A stretch of 54,983 bases of DNA from Eubacteriales bacterium (GTDB lineage Bacteria; Bacillota; Clostridia; Oscillospirales; CAG-272), in assembly GCA_045586105.1 (NCBI GenBank), contig JAZMZS010000211.1, positions 1-54,983 on the forward strand. Reading direction: 5' to 3'. The notes beneath the pieces were generated by a model. It saw nothing but the letters and a program-made list of their open reading frames with translations, was not told where the DNA came from and did no database searches. Numbering within the stretch: position 1 is the first letter of the stretch; the number at the start of each line of letters is the position of its first letter. Shown piece after piece: positions 8,759 to 17,058 of this stretch. The translations under genes were made by a program, and so were the position numbers.

Positions 8759-9944
8759 TTTCGCTCACCTCGCCTTCTCTTTTTTCAACGGAATTTTTGT
8801 TTTCTCTGAGTCTGCACAGATATTTCACGGCTTCAATGGCAACGGCGGCTATCGGTACACCGACTATCAGCCCCGCAACTCCCAGCAGATTTCCCATCAC
8901 GGTGATCGAAACGAATATACACAGCGGATGCATCCCCACCGTGTCTCCGAGGACCCTGGGAGCGAGAATATTTCCGTCTATCTGCTCCATCACCAGGTCA
9001 ATAATTAGAAACCAGATCACCATGGACGGCTCTGCCACAAGAACTATAACGCCGCCGACCACGCCCGCGAAGATCGAACCGAAATAGGGGATCAGATTGA
9101 ACACCGCAAGTATCACAGCAAGCAGCGGAGGGTATGGCATTCCCGTAAGATAGAACACTCCCAGCGATATCAGTCCTATCAGCAGAGACTCGAATATCCT
9201 TCCCGAGAAAAATCCGCCGAATGCACGGTCGAGAAGTGCCGCCGCCGAGGTAACCGCCTCACGCTGCCGCTCTGTAAGAAGAACGTTCATGATACGCGTA
9301 ACATACTTTTTCAGCTTGCCGCTGTAGAGCATTATACCGAAGGCGCAGATAAGAGAAAATACAGTAGTTACAGCAATATCGATAAATCCGCCCGCAAACG
9401 ATACTATCGAGGAAACGAACCTGTCGGCGAACAGGAAGGAATCGACAAGCAGATCTCCGAGAAAGTCCTCAAGGTCCGCCCCGAGCACCTCGGAAAGAGT
9501 GCTGCTGTCACCGAAAAGCGCGGTCGCTCCGATTATCTTGTCGGCATAATCCTGGGCTGCCTCGATATATTTCTCACCGTTTTTTGCAAGCTCGGTGTAG
9601 TTGGTAATAAGCTGGGGAATGAGCAAAAATGCGATCAGCGCTATTACCACGAACAGCACGACAAACGACAGTATTACAGACAAAAGCCGCACCCGTCCTC
9701 TGCCGTGCTTTGCTATCAACCCCGAGAAAAGCCTTCTCTCAAAGAAGCGCACGGCAGGCATAAGCAGGTATGCGATAATGAAGCCGATAATTACGGGAAG
9801 CAGCGCATCGGCAACGTAGCCCGCAGCAGCGATAAGCTCCTTTATCCTGAACGCAAGCATAAAGCACAGTATGCTCACGAGTATAAAAAGCGTGACATAT
9901 ACGGATACTGTGCGGTATTTTATTTTACGGTGTTTTTCATCCAT
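8751..9944 (-). CDS. AI-2E (PerM/UPF0118) family transporter
   Basis: Family core IPYFGSIFAGVVGGVIVL...GNILAPRVLGDTVGMHPL. Start placed at ATG 9944 (MDEKHRK...) behind GGAGAA. The longer track start lies inside the promoter. Confidence 0.85.
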   Translation of the reverse strand: MDEKHRKIKYRTVSVYVTLFILVSILCFMLAFRIKELIAAAGYVADALLPVIIGFIIAYLLMPAVRFFERRLFSGLIAKHGRGRVRLLSVILSFVVLFVVIALIAFLLIPQLITNYTELAKNGEKYIEAAQDYADKIIGATALFGDSSTLSEVLGADLEDFLGDLLVDSFLFADRFVSSIVSFAGGFIDIAVTTVFSLICAFGIMLYSGKLKKYVTRIMNVLLTERQREAVTSAAALLDRAFGGFFSGRIFESLLIGLISLGVFYLTGMPYPPLLAVILAVFNLIPYFGSIFAGVVGGVIVLVAEPSMVIWFLIIDLVMEQIDGNILAPRVLGDTVGMHPLCIFVSITVMGNLLGVAGLIVGVPIAAVAIEAVKYLCRLRENKNSVEKREGEVSENA

Positions 9945-10007
9945 CGATGTATTCTCCGAAACGGCATGACCGCCGTGTTTTTTCAAGTCATAATATTTTA
10001 TTATATT

Positions 10008-10036
10008 ATTATACTTTATAAAAGCATCCAAATCAA
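10008..10036 (-). promoter_or_regulatory. promoter of the AI-2E/AI-2E/ABC/ABC operon
   Basis: The minus strand reads TTGATT (10036-10031), a 17-nt spacer, then TATAAT (10013-10008). Confidence 0.6.
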
Positions 10037-10071
10037 GTACCAAGATATAAAATTATTATCTGTCTTTGTTA

Positions 10072-10100
10072 TTGCGTTTTATAAAAATACATGCTATAAT
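10072..10100 (+). promoter_or_regulatory. promoter of nadC-nadB
   Basis: TTGCGT (10072-10077), 17 nt, TATAAT (10095-10100). An imperfect inverted repeat GTGAATTATAA / TTACAATTATTCAC follows in the leader (10105-10138). Confidence 0.6.
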
Positions 10101-10149
10101 TACTGTGAATTATAATTTTTACTCTTACAATTATTCACGGAGGTCAGTT

Positions 10150-10998
10150 ATGAACAATCTCGGTTTCTGCGCATCGGTAGACGAGCTCATCGACAGAGCT
10201 CTTGAGGAGGACGTGGGCACGGGCGATATCACGACCCTTACCACTATCTCGGAGGATGCGGTAGGTCACGGCAGATATATAGCAAAAGAGGACGGTGTTC
10301 TCTGCGGAATAGATCTTGCACGCAGGGTATATGACAAGCTCGATGACGGTATTGAATTCACCGCTTACAAAAAGGACGGCGATGAGCTCAGACGCGGCGA
10401 CATAATCGCAGAGGTAAGAGGACCCGCGATCTCGCTTCTCACAGGCGAGAGGATCGGACTAAACCTCATGCAGCGTCTCTCGGGCACCGCTACGAAAACG
10501 AGAGAATGCGTAAAGCAGATAGAAGGAACGAGAGCTGTCATAGCAGACACAAGAAAGACCACCCCGGGGCTTCGCGTGCTCGAAAAATACGCGGTAAGAG
10601 TGGGAGGCGGCTCTAACCACCGCTTCAATCTTGCTGACGGGATCCTCATCAAGGACAACCACATCGTGGCGGCAGGCGGTATTACCGAGGCTGTTGCCCG
10701 TGCAAGAAAGAATGCCCCCCACACCCTCAAGATAGAGGTGGAGATCGAGACCTTCGAGCAGCTCGAGGAGGCACTCGGTGCAGGTGCTGATATAATCATG
10801 CTCGACAACATGTCATGCGAGGATATGGCGCGCGCCGTAAAGATCGTGGACGGCAGAGCAAAGACCGAGGCATCGGGCAACATGGGCGACCGCGATCTGC
10901 GCGAGGTAGCGGAGACAGGCGTTGACATCATCAGCATCGGTGCTCTGACACATTCCGTTCGTTCACTTGACATATCGCTCAAGTTTACCATCAACTGA
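10150..10998 (+). CDS. nadC: nicotinate-nucleotide diphosphorylase (quinolinate phosphoribosyltransferase)
   Basis: DTRKTTPGLRVLEKYAVRVGGGSNHRFNLADGILIKDNH motif. Start at ATG 10150 behind GGAGG (10139-10143). The track ORF has a spurious 28-aa extension. Confidence 0.92.
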   Translation: MNNLGFCASVDELIDRALEEDVGTGDITTLTTISEDAVGHGRYIAKEDGVLCGIDLARRVYDKLDDGIEFTAYKKDGDELRRGDIIAEVRGPAISLLTGERIGLNLMQRLSGTATKTRECVKQIEGTRAVIADTRKTTPGLRVLEKYAVRVGGGSNHRFNLADGILIKDNHIVAAGGITEAVARARKNAPHTLKIEVEIETFEQLEEALGAGADIIMLDNMSCEDMARAVKIVDGRAKTEASGNMGDRDLREVAETGVDIISIGALTHSVRSLDISLKFTIN

Positions 10999-11028
10999 TC
11001 CCCCATATTCAGAAAGGACCCTAAGAAA

Positions 11029-12579
11029 ATGCGTCGTTATCTGACCGATTTTGATACAAACAAGCTGCCTGTAATAAAGACCGACGTTCTCATCGTCGGC
11101 ACAGGGCTCGCGGGACTGTATGCATCTATCCACATCTCACCCCAAAAAAGATGTCTTGTAGTTACAAAGACAGATATAGAGTTTACGAGCTCATGGCTCG
11201 CGCAGGGCGGCATAGCCGCCGTCATCTCGGATGACGATAACGTGGACAGTCATGTTGCCGACACGCTCAAGGCGGGAGCGGGGCTGTGCGATGAGGAAGC
11301 GGTAAGGCTGCTTGTTACCGAAAGCACGGAAAATATAAAGGAAATGGTCGCGCTCGGAGTTCCCTTCGACACAAACGAGGAGGGAGAGCTTTCGATCACA
11401 CGCGAGGGAGGCCACAGCATCCGCAGGATCGTGCATTGCGGCGGGGATGCGACCGGAAGAGAGTGCACAAGACGTCTCGGTCAGGTCGCACTAGAGAGAA
11501 AGAACCTCGATTTCCTCTTCCGCACCACACTTGTGGACATAATCACCCTCGACAACAAGACCGTGGGTGCGCTCGTTGACGTTGACAACGAGGGGCTGAA
11601 GATAATTCTCTGCCCCAACGTCATTCTGGCAACGGGCGGTATAGGGCACAACTACACGCACACCACCAATCCCAGAAGCTCGGTCGGAGACGGAATTGCC
11701 GCCGCATACCGTGCGGGTGCCGAGGTGGAGAAGCTCGAAATGGTGCAGTTCCACCCCACCACGCTGATGACAGAGGATCTGCCTGAGAGGCTGTTCCTGA
11801 TCTCGGAGGCTGTCAGAGGAGAGGGCGGAATACTCAAAAACTACAAAGGCGAGGCGTTCATGGCGGACAAGCATCCGTTAAAGGATCTCGCTCCGCGTGA
11901 TATAGTAACGAGATTTATACTCAAGGAGCTGAAGAAAAACCCGTACAAGTGTGTGTATCTTGACGTGTCCTGCATGAGCCGCGAGTTTTTCTCGGAAAGA
12001 TTCCCCACCATATACGGCAAATGCCGTGACAGCGGGATCAATCTTACTCATGACCTCATACCCGTGCATCCCGCACAGCACTATCATATGGGCGGTATCA
12101 AGACGGACCTTGACGGGCAGACAAGCGTCAAAGGACTGTACGCTATCGGCGAGTGCGCCTGCACGGGCATTCACGGTGCAAACAGACTTGCATCCAATTC
12201 GATGCTCGAATGTCTTGTTTTCGGACGCAGAGCGGCGATACATGCAAGCGCCTCCGACCGGACACTTGACGAGGATGCGCTCAGATTTGTCGGAAGCGTA
12301 ATAACCCCCAAGGAAAAAACGCTTGACAGAAAGAGCGCGGGGGCTCTTCGCGACGAGCTTCGCCGTATAAATACAAAATACGTGGGGCCTGTACGCTCTA
12401 CAGAGGGAATGAAGACCGCCCTCGACTACTTCACCGAGCGTCTCGCCGAGCTTGATGCAACCCAGCTCTCTACCCTGTGGGGATATGAACTTTACAACAT
12501 GACCCTGTTCTCTTACCTCTCCTCAAAGGGAGCATACGAAAGACACGAGAGCGTGGGTGCTCATTATATTGAGGACTGA
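11029..12579 (+). CDS. nadB: L-aspartate oxidase
   Basis: FAD fold IVGTGLAGLYA, RGEGG, and GLYAIGECACTGIHGANRLASNSMLE. Follows nadC. Confidence 0.92.
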   Translation: MRRYLTDFDTNKLPVIKTDVLIVGTGLAGLYASIHISPQKRCLVVTKTDIEFTSSWLAQGGIAAVISDDDNVDSHVADTLKAGAGLCDEEAVRLLVTESTENIKEMVALGVPFDTNEEGELSITREGGHSIRRIVHCGGDATGRECTRRLGQVALERKNLDFLFRTTLVDIITLDNKTVGALVDVDNEGLKIILCPNVILATGGIGHNYTHTTNPRSSVGDGIAAAYRAGAEVEKLEMVQFHPTTLMTEDLPERLFLISEAVRGEGGILKNYKGEAFMADKHPLKDLAPRDIVTRFILKELKKNPYKCVYLDVSCMSREFFSERFPTIYGKCRDSGINLTHDLIPVHPAQHYHMGGIKTDLDGQTSVKGLYAIGECACTGIHGANRLASNSMLECLVFGRRAAIHASASDRTLDEDALRFVGSVITPKEKTLDRKSAGALRDELRRINTKYVGPVRSTEGMKTALDYFTERLAELDATQLSTLWGYELYNMTLFSYLSSKGAYERHESVGAHYIED

Positions 12580-12580
12580 T

Positions 12581-13459
12581 ATGAACATCACACTCGAGGC
12601 GTACGCCAAGATCAATCTCTATCTCGACGTTGTGGGAAGAAGAGAAAACGGCTACCACGATATCAAGGGCATAATGCATAAGCTCTCTCTTTCTGATACC
12701 GTAACCGTAGAGCTCGAGGCGGCTGAGAAAAACGAAATAACGCTCACCTGCTCCGTACCCGGTATTCCCACCGACTCAAAGAACATCGCTTACCGCGCGG
12801 CAGAGCTGTTTCTGTCAAAATACGCAAAGCGTCCCTATAGCGTCTCTATCCACATAGAAAAGCGCATTCCCGCGGCAGGCGGGCTTGCAGGCGGAAGCAC
12901 GGACGGCGCGGCGGTGCTTCACGCCATGCACGAGCTTATCGGCGGAGTGGAATACGCACGCCTTATAGCCGACTCGGCGTCACTCGGAGCAGATCTTCCC
13001 TTCTGCATGGCTGACGGAGCTATGGTGACCGAGGGTATCGGGGATATTCTCACCCCCTGCCCTTCACTTCCCGAATGCGCCGTGCTCCTCTGCAACACGG
13101 GAGAGAGTGTGTCTACCCCTGCTGCATATGCAAGGCTGGATCAGCTCTACGGCAATTTCGCCGAGACCTCGTTTGACGAAGAACGCTTCTCGCGTCTTAT
13201 ACGCGGACTTGGCTCCGGCGACATTTCGCTTATCTCGGACGGTATCTACAATATATTCGAGCAGGCTGTCCTGCCAGACTGCCCTCTTGCCGCAGAAGCA
13301 AAGCGCAGTATGCTCGCGCACGGCGCCGTCGGCGCCATGATGAGCGGAAGCGGATCGACGATATTCGGACTGTACCGAAGCGATGCCGAGGCGGCGGAAG
13401 CATACGGCATTCTCTCATCTCTCGGATACGTTACTCATATCTGTCAGATATCACGCTGA
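12581..13459 (+). CDS. ispE: 4-(cytidine 5'-diphospho)-2-C-methyl-D-erythritol kinase
   Basis: KINLYLDVVGRRENGYHD and the GHMP motif PAAGGLAGGSTDGAA. ATG 12581 lies 1 nt after the nadB stop. Confidence 0.9.
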   Translation: MNITLEAYAKINLYLDVVGRRENGYHDIKGIMHKLSLSDTVTVELEAAEKNEITLTCSVPGIPTDSKNIAYRAAELFLSKYAKRPYSVSIHIEKRIPAAGGLAGGSTDGAAVLHAMHELIGGVEYARLIADSASLGADLPFCMADGAMVTEGIGDILTPCPSLPECAVLLCNTGESVSTPAAYARLDQLYGNFAETSFDEERFSRLIRGLGSGDISLISDGIYNIFEQAVLPDCPLAAEAKRSMLAHGAVGAMMSGSGSTIFGLYRSDAEAAEAYGILSSLGYVTHICQISR

Positions 13460-13510
13460 GCCGTGCTTCGGTCAGCGGAATACAAAATACACCATGAACG
13501 GAGAATATCC

Positions 13511-14134
13511 ATGTTCTATTACGTAAAAGGCGAGCTCGTTCATACAGAACAGTCGCTTGCAGTCATCGACTGCTCGGGCGTAGGCTACGCAATGACGGTA
13601 AGCGCAACTACCTCGTCGGCGCTCACCCGTCTTGACGACAAAAAAAGCGTAAAGCTGCTCACCCACCTTATCGTCCGCGAGGACGGAGTGGAGCTGTTCG
13701 GCTTTTACACGAGCGAGGAGCTGCGCCTGTTCAAGATGCTGATAACCGTCTCGGGCGTAGGTCCTAAGGCGGCGATATCCATTCTTTCGACAGCCTCGGT
13801 GACCGATCTTATAAGAGCTATAGTCACAGGCAACCAGAAGGCTATATCCTCCGCTCAGGGTGTCGGCCCCAAAACGGCGGCAAGAGTTATACTCGAGCTG
13901 AAGGACAAGCTCGGCGGAGGAGAGTTCGATCTCTCGGGAAGCAGCGACGACGTCAGCGCCGCCATCACCGAAACGATCAGCTCCACAAGCAAGCAGAGAG
14001 ACGCCGAAAACGCGCTTCTCGTGCTCGGCTACGGAAAGAGCGAGATCGCATCCGTGCTCAAAACGATCGACGTACAGAAGCTCGAGCTTGAGGATATAAT
14101 CAAGCTCGCGCTTGCAAAATTCATGAAGAAGTAA
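13511..14134 (+). CDS. ruvA: Holliday junction branch migration complex subunit RuvA
   Basis: MFYYVKGEL... OB-fold N-terminus and two HhH motifs (ITVSGVGPKAAISIL; AQGVGPKTAARVILELK). Start at ATG 13511. Confidence 0.9.
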   Translation: MFYYVKGELVHTEQSLAVIDCSGVGYAMTVSATTSSALTRLDDKKSVKLLTHLIVREDGVELFGFYTSEELRLFKMLITVSGVGPKAAISILSTASVTDLIRAIVTGNQKAISSAQGVGPKTAARVILELKDKLGGGEFDLSGSSDDVSAAITETISSTSKQRDAENALLVLGYGKSEIASVLKTIDVQKLELEDIIKLALAKFMKK

Positions 14135-14146
14135 GGAGGGGCGCCG

Positions 14147-15208
14147 ATGATGGAAAACGAAGACTTCGACTTTGAAAACCGAATACTGTCAACCACCTAC
14201 GTCCCCGAGGACGAAGCCGCAGAAAACAACCTCCGTCCTAAAACGCTCGAGGATTACGTTGGTCAGGAAAAAGTCAAGGAAAACCTCAAGGTGTACATAG
14301 ATGCGGCAAAAATACGCGGCTCGGCTCTCGACCACGTGCTTCTCTACGGCCCTCCCGGACTTGGTAAAACGACCCTCTCCTGCATCATCGCAAACGAGCT
14401 TGGCGTCAACATCCGCACGACCTCGGGTCCCGCAATAGAGAAGCAGGGCGACCTTGCGGCACTGCTCACGAACTTAGAGGACGGAGACGTTCTCTTCATC
14501 GACGAGATACACCGCCTCTCACGTCAGGTAGAGGAGATCCTTTACCCCGCCATGGAGGACTACGCTCTCGATATAATTATCGGAAAAGGCCCCTCGGCTC
14601 GCTCGATACGCCTTCCGCTCAAGCGCTTTACCTTGATCGGTGCAACGACGAGAGCGGGACAGCTCACCACCCCTCTGCGTGACAGATTCGGTGTGCTTCT
14701 CAAACTCGAGCTCTACACCCCCGAGGAGCTTGCTACCATCGTCAAGAGAAGCGCAGGCATACTCGGCGTCGATATAACCGAGTCGGGCGCTTACGAGATC
14801 GCGTCGCGCTCACGCGGAACGCCGAGAATCGCAAACCGTCTTCTCAAGCGCGTCTCCGACTTTGCCCTCGTCAAGGGAGACGGAGCTATCACCGATAAGA
14901 TCGCTCAGTTCGCACTCGAAAAGCTCGAGATCGACGCTCTCGGCCTTGACAATACCGACAGAAGGATGCTGAGAGCGATCATCAGCTTCTACGGCGGAGG
15001 CCCCGTCGGACTTGATACCCTCGCCGCTACCGTAGGCGAGGAAGCGATAACGCTCGAGGACGTCTACGAGCCGTACCTGATGCAGATAGGCTTCCTATCC
15101 CGTACCCCCCGAGGCAGATGCGTCACCAAGCTCGCGTACGACCACCTCGGCATCCCCTTCATAAAAGAAACGAAGGGCGAGCAGACCTCCCTCTTTGACG
15201 GAGAGTAA
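14147..15208 (+). CDS. ruvB: Holliday junction DNA helicase RuvB
   Basis: [19 protein letters not shown], Walker [10 protein letters not shown], Walker [22 protein letters not shown]. Confidence 0.95.
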   Translation: MMENEDFDFENRILSTTYVPEDEAAENNLRPKTLEDYVGQEKVKENLKVYIDAAKIRGSALDHVLLYGPPGLGKTTLSCIIANELGVNIRTTSGPAIEKQGDLAALLTNLEDGDVLFIDEIHRLSRQVEEILYPAMEDYALDIIIGKGPSARSIRLPLKRFTLIGATTRAGQLTTPLRDRFGVLLKLELYTPEELATIVKRSAGILGVDITESGAYEIASRSRGTPRIANRLLKRVSDFALVKGDGAITDKIAQFALEKLEIDALGLDNTDRRMLRAIISFYGGGPVGLDTLAATVGEEAITLEDVYEPYLMQIGFLSRTPRGRCVTKLAYDHLGIPFIKETKGEQTSLFDGE

Positions 15209-15276
15209 TGCCCACGAGGACGTTTGGCGGATAAGGCTTTTCTTTATTACTATATTATTTCCTATAGACAAAGGAA

Positions 15277-15470
15277 AGTGCCTGACGGCACTCTCTGATA
15301 CGCTCCACCCCCGCTGTCATTCTCGAGGAGGCTTTAGCCGACGAAGAATCTAAGCGGGAGGTAATAGAAACGGTTCTATGTTCTCCGACTCAGATCCTTC
15401 GCTGCGCTCAAGGATGACAGTCGGAAGGGGCGCTTTGTGCAAACTTATTTAACGCAATTTCCTATGCATT
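15277..15470 (+). repeat. ~190-bp palindromic intergenic repeat, copy 1
   Basis: Aligns by eye along its full length with the reverse complement of 27278-27465. Shared blocks: AGTGCCTGACGGCACTCT, CTCCACCCCCGCTGTCATYCTCGA, ATCTAAGCGGGAG, CTCAGATCCTTCG, GGATGACAGTCGG, CGCAATTTCCTATGC. Internally it folds into a long imperfect hairpin. Confidence 0.85.
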
Positions 15471-15510
15471 AAAAAACGCTCACGGAAAAAGATCCGTGAG
15501 CGTTTTTGTT
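15471..15510. terminator. bidirectional terminator (serves the 15540-17039 gene on the minus strand)
   Basis: aacgctcacgg / ccgtgagcgtt stem flanked by AAAAAA and TTTTTGTTT. Confidence 0.75.
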
Positions 15511-15539
15511 TCGTTATTCGTGTTTATAAGTTATCCTTT

Positions 15540-17039
15540 TTAAGGCTCGAAGCCTGCTTTGACGAAGTCGGCATTGAGCTTTTCGATCTCCTGCATAGCG
15601 GTATCGAACTTCTGCTGATACTTGACGGTGAAGTCGTTGTGCTCAGCCTTCATCATTTCGGTGAGGTCCCAAGTATAGTGACCGATGAGGTAATAGATAC
15701 CTACGTCGAACTTTCTGCTGCCGATGATGATATCGAGGCAGGGAGCGGACTCCTCGTCGCGGATAAGCTTACCCTTGAGGGTATAATCGTAATACTCGGG
15801 GGTAACGATCTCTCTCGAGTGATATGCGATAGCCTCGATCAGAGCGCTGTTACGCTCGAGGTCCTCTTCCTCCATATGAGCGCCGAGGCAGATCATAACG
15901 GAATAGGATGCGCCGACGTAGCTTCCGTAGTTCTCCTGGACCTCGTTATACTTAGGATAAGGGAGGATACCGAAGTCGACGTCTGCATTACGAAGTCTGC
16001 CGAAGGTATTGAGTATCGTCTTGAAGAAGAGCGCCTGGTCGTTTGAGAACATACCTACTCTGACGGGATCCCATTCCTGCCATGAGCCGAGTCTTATAAC
16101 GTAATTATAGGTAGTATCTCTGTCAAAGCAAAGCTCGGTGTATCTCGTTACAATATCCTGGCTCTGCTCGCTGTAGAGGGTAAGCTCGACCGAGCCCTGA
16201 TCGTTTATCGTGCAGGTACGCACGTCACAGCCTATAAGTGTCGCCTGCATCGAATCGTTCCATATGATAGAGCCGTAGCGGTCGTTCTCGTCCATCTTAT
16301 CGTCACCGTTGAGCTCCTTGGAGACGGTCTTGACGTACTCGGAATATTTATCGAGCGTCCACTTCCCTTCGTCAACGAGGGAATAAAGATCGTTTATTCC
16401 GAGCTCCTTTGCAAGATCCTTATTGAAAAAGATACAGTGCGTTGCGAGATTATCGACTACGCTGATATCGCCCGTCGTATAGTACATCTTGCCCTGAACC
16501 TGAAGGTCGCGGTTAGCACCCTGATCCCACCAGGGCTTGGAAAGGTCGATATGGGGGGTAGCATTCAGATCGAGTATGTAACCGTTCCTTGCGAGGTTTG
16601 CCGCTGCCATCGTTCCTACCTCGTACATCGAGTAGGTGCAGTCTCCCGCAAACCAGTCCTCGCTCACGCGTGTAAAGCTGGGGCCGGAGCCGTTCTCGTT
16701 TGCGAACTCCTCGACCGTCTCTATGGTAATATCGTACTTCTTTTTTACCGTTTCGTTACGCTTGTAAACAGCTGTCGAAACAGACGTGTAGTCATCGTTA
16801 TCCTCTCCGAAGTCATTGAACTTGTCACCTACGCCGATGCCTTGTCCGCCCATGTAGACCTTGAAGAGAGCACCGTCATAGGTGGCATCGGGAACCTCGA
16901 GGATATCCGCGGGCTTTTCGGTGTCGGTCACGGTCTCGGGGGTGGTGGTCACCTCCGTTTTGTCCCCGCAGCCGATAAGCAAAGCGGCAGAGGACAGACA
17001 CAAAACTGATGCAAGGATAGCAGATAGAATCTTTTTCAT
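15540..17039 (-). CDS. extracellular solute-binding lipoprotein (ABC sugar-uptake type, family 1), no cognate permease adjacent
   Basis: Lipoprotein signal with lipobox LIGC. About 500 aa in the style of LplA/YtcQ-type SBPs. AAGGAG RBS. Clear paralog of 42456-43955. Confidence 0.85.
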   Translation of the reverse strand: MKKILSAILASVLCLSSAALLIGCGDKTEVTTTPETVTDTEKPADILEVPDATYDGALFKVYMGGQGIGVGDKFNDFGEDNDDYTSVSTAVYKRNETVKKKYDITIETVEEFANENGSGPSFTRVSEDWFAGDCTYSMYEVGTMAAANLARNGYILDLNATPHIDLSKPWWDQGANRDLQVQGKMYYTTGDISVVDNLATHCIFFNKDLAKELGINDLYSLVDEGKWTLDKYSEYVKTVSKELNGDDKMDENDRYGSIIWNDSMQATLIGCDVRTCTINDQGSVELTLYSEQSQDIVTRYTELCFDRDTTYNYVIRLGSWQEWDPVRVGMFSNDQALFFKTILNTFGRLRNADVDFGILPYPKYNEVQENYGSYVGASYSVMICLGAHMEEEDLERNSALIEAIAYHSREIVTPEYYDYTLKGKLIRDEESAPCLDIIIGSRKFDVGIYYLIGHYTWDLTEMMKAEHNDFTVKYQQKFDTAMQEIEKLNADFVKAGFEP

Positions 17040-17058
17040 GTTTTTGCTCCTTTGTTTT

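Noticed and set aside
10066-10149. N-terminal extensions of track ORFs: nadC from 10066, ispE from 12557, ruvA from 13463, the esterase from 49986, AraC from 49393, LuxR from 29291 and the anti-sigma from 54200.
   Set aside because: The extensions run through promoters or upstream genes. Internal ATG or TTG starts with good RBSs give proteins that begin at the conserved N-termini.
10150-12579. Absence of nadA next to nadC-nadB, considered as a pathway anomaly.
   Set aside because: nadA is often encoded elsewhere, and this cannot be judged from one window.
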